Positions 42,524 to 42,524 of a stretch of 42,524 nt of DNA are shown piece by piece; positions within the stretch are counted from its first letter, which is position 1, and every line of letters begins with the position of its first letter. A program made the translations under genes and the position numbers. The stretch lies in NCBI GenBank assembly GCA_001800075.1, contig MGUR01000075.1, forward strand, positions 34,986 to 77,509, written 5' to 3'. Origin of the DNA: Elusimicrobia bacterium RIFCSPLOWO2_01_FULL_59_12. GTDB lineage: Bacteria > Elusimicrobiota > Elusimicrobia > 2-01-FULL-59-12. The notes beneath the pieces are model-generated. The model had not been told where the DNA came from. It ran no database searches and was given only the letters and a program-made list of their open reading frames with translations.

Positions 42524-42524
42524 G

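Noticed and set aside
1-42524. CRISPR arrays, tRNA/rRNA genes, transposases, integrases, prophage or known defence-system genes
   Set aside because: I saw no repeat-spacer periodicity, cloverleaf-sized non-coding gaps or recombinase/nuclease motifs. Non-coding DNA is limited to six short gaps.

Overview
This 42.5-kb window comes from a diderm bacterium. It is almost entirely coding and mostly on the minus strand. Two blocks meet at a 325-nt divergent intergenic region (27558-27882).

Block 1 (27557 down to 1) holds at least 21 genes with no gap over 11 nt. It is a Wzx/Wzy-type extracellular polysaccharide or glycoconjugate locus. In transcription order it encodes:
- a secreted protein, an OM beta-barrel, a short Wza-like OPX and a fused PCP/BY-kinase;
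- two Wzy_C-family membrane proteins (one with a TPR tail) and an ArnT-like GT-C;
- three SAM methyltransferase domains, two paralogous radical SAM/partial-SPASM enzymes and a Gfo/Idh/MocA oxidoreductase;
- three GT9 domains (one fused to the flippase), GT4 and GT2 enzymes, and a 1112-aa MT-GT-GT protein;
- a WecA-like initiating transferase and the 5' part of a CapD-like gene that is missing from the ORF track.

Block 2 (27883-42524) is signalling. The plus strand carries a REC-ANTAR regulator, an intrinsic terminator and a trypsin-like protease. The minus strand carries a membrane HK with a CX5R phosphatase, then a ten-gene translationally coupled operon. That operon encodes a REC-GGDEF-like protein, a TonB-dependent receptor, a periplasmic binding protein, three kinase cores, eight receiver domains and an orphan, N-terminally short GspE/PilB-type ATPase.

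I recognised no rRNA, tRNA, CRISPR array, transposase or integrase.

The most novel-looking items are:
- the secretion-type ATPase wired into a CheY-like phosphorelay with no secretion or pilus partners;
- the paired radical SAM enzymes with methyltransferases in a glycan locus with no peptide substrate gene;
- the flippase-GT9 fusion;
- the ANTAR regulator sitting divergent to the polysaccharide operon.

All domain calls come from motif recognition by eye. No database search was run.
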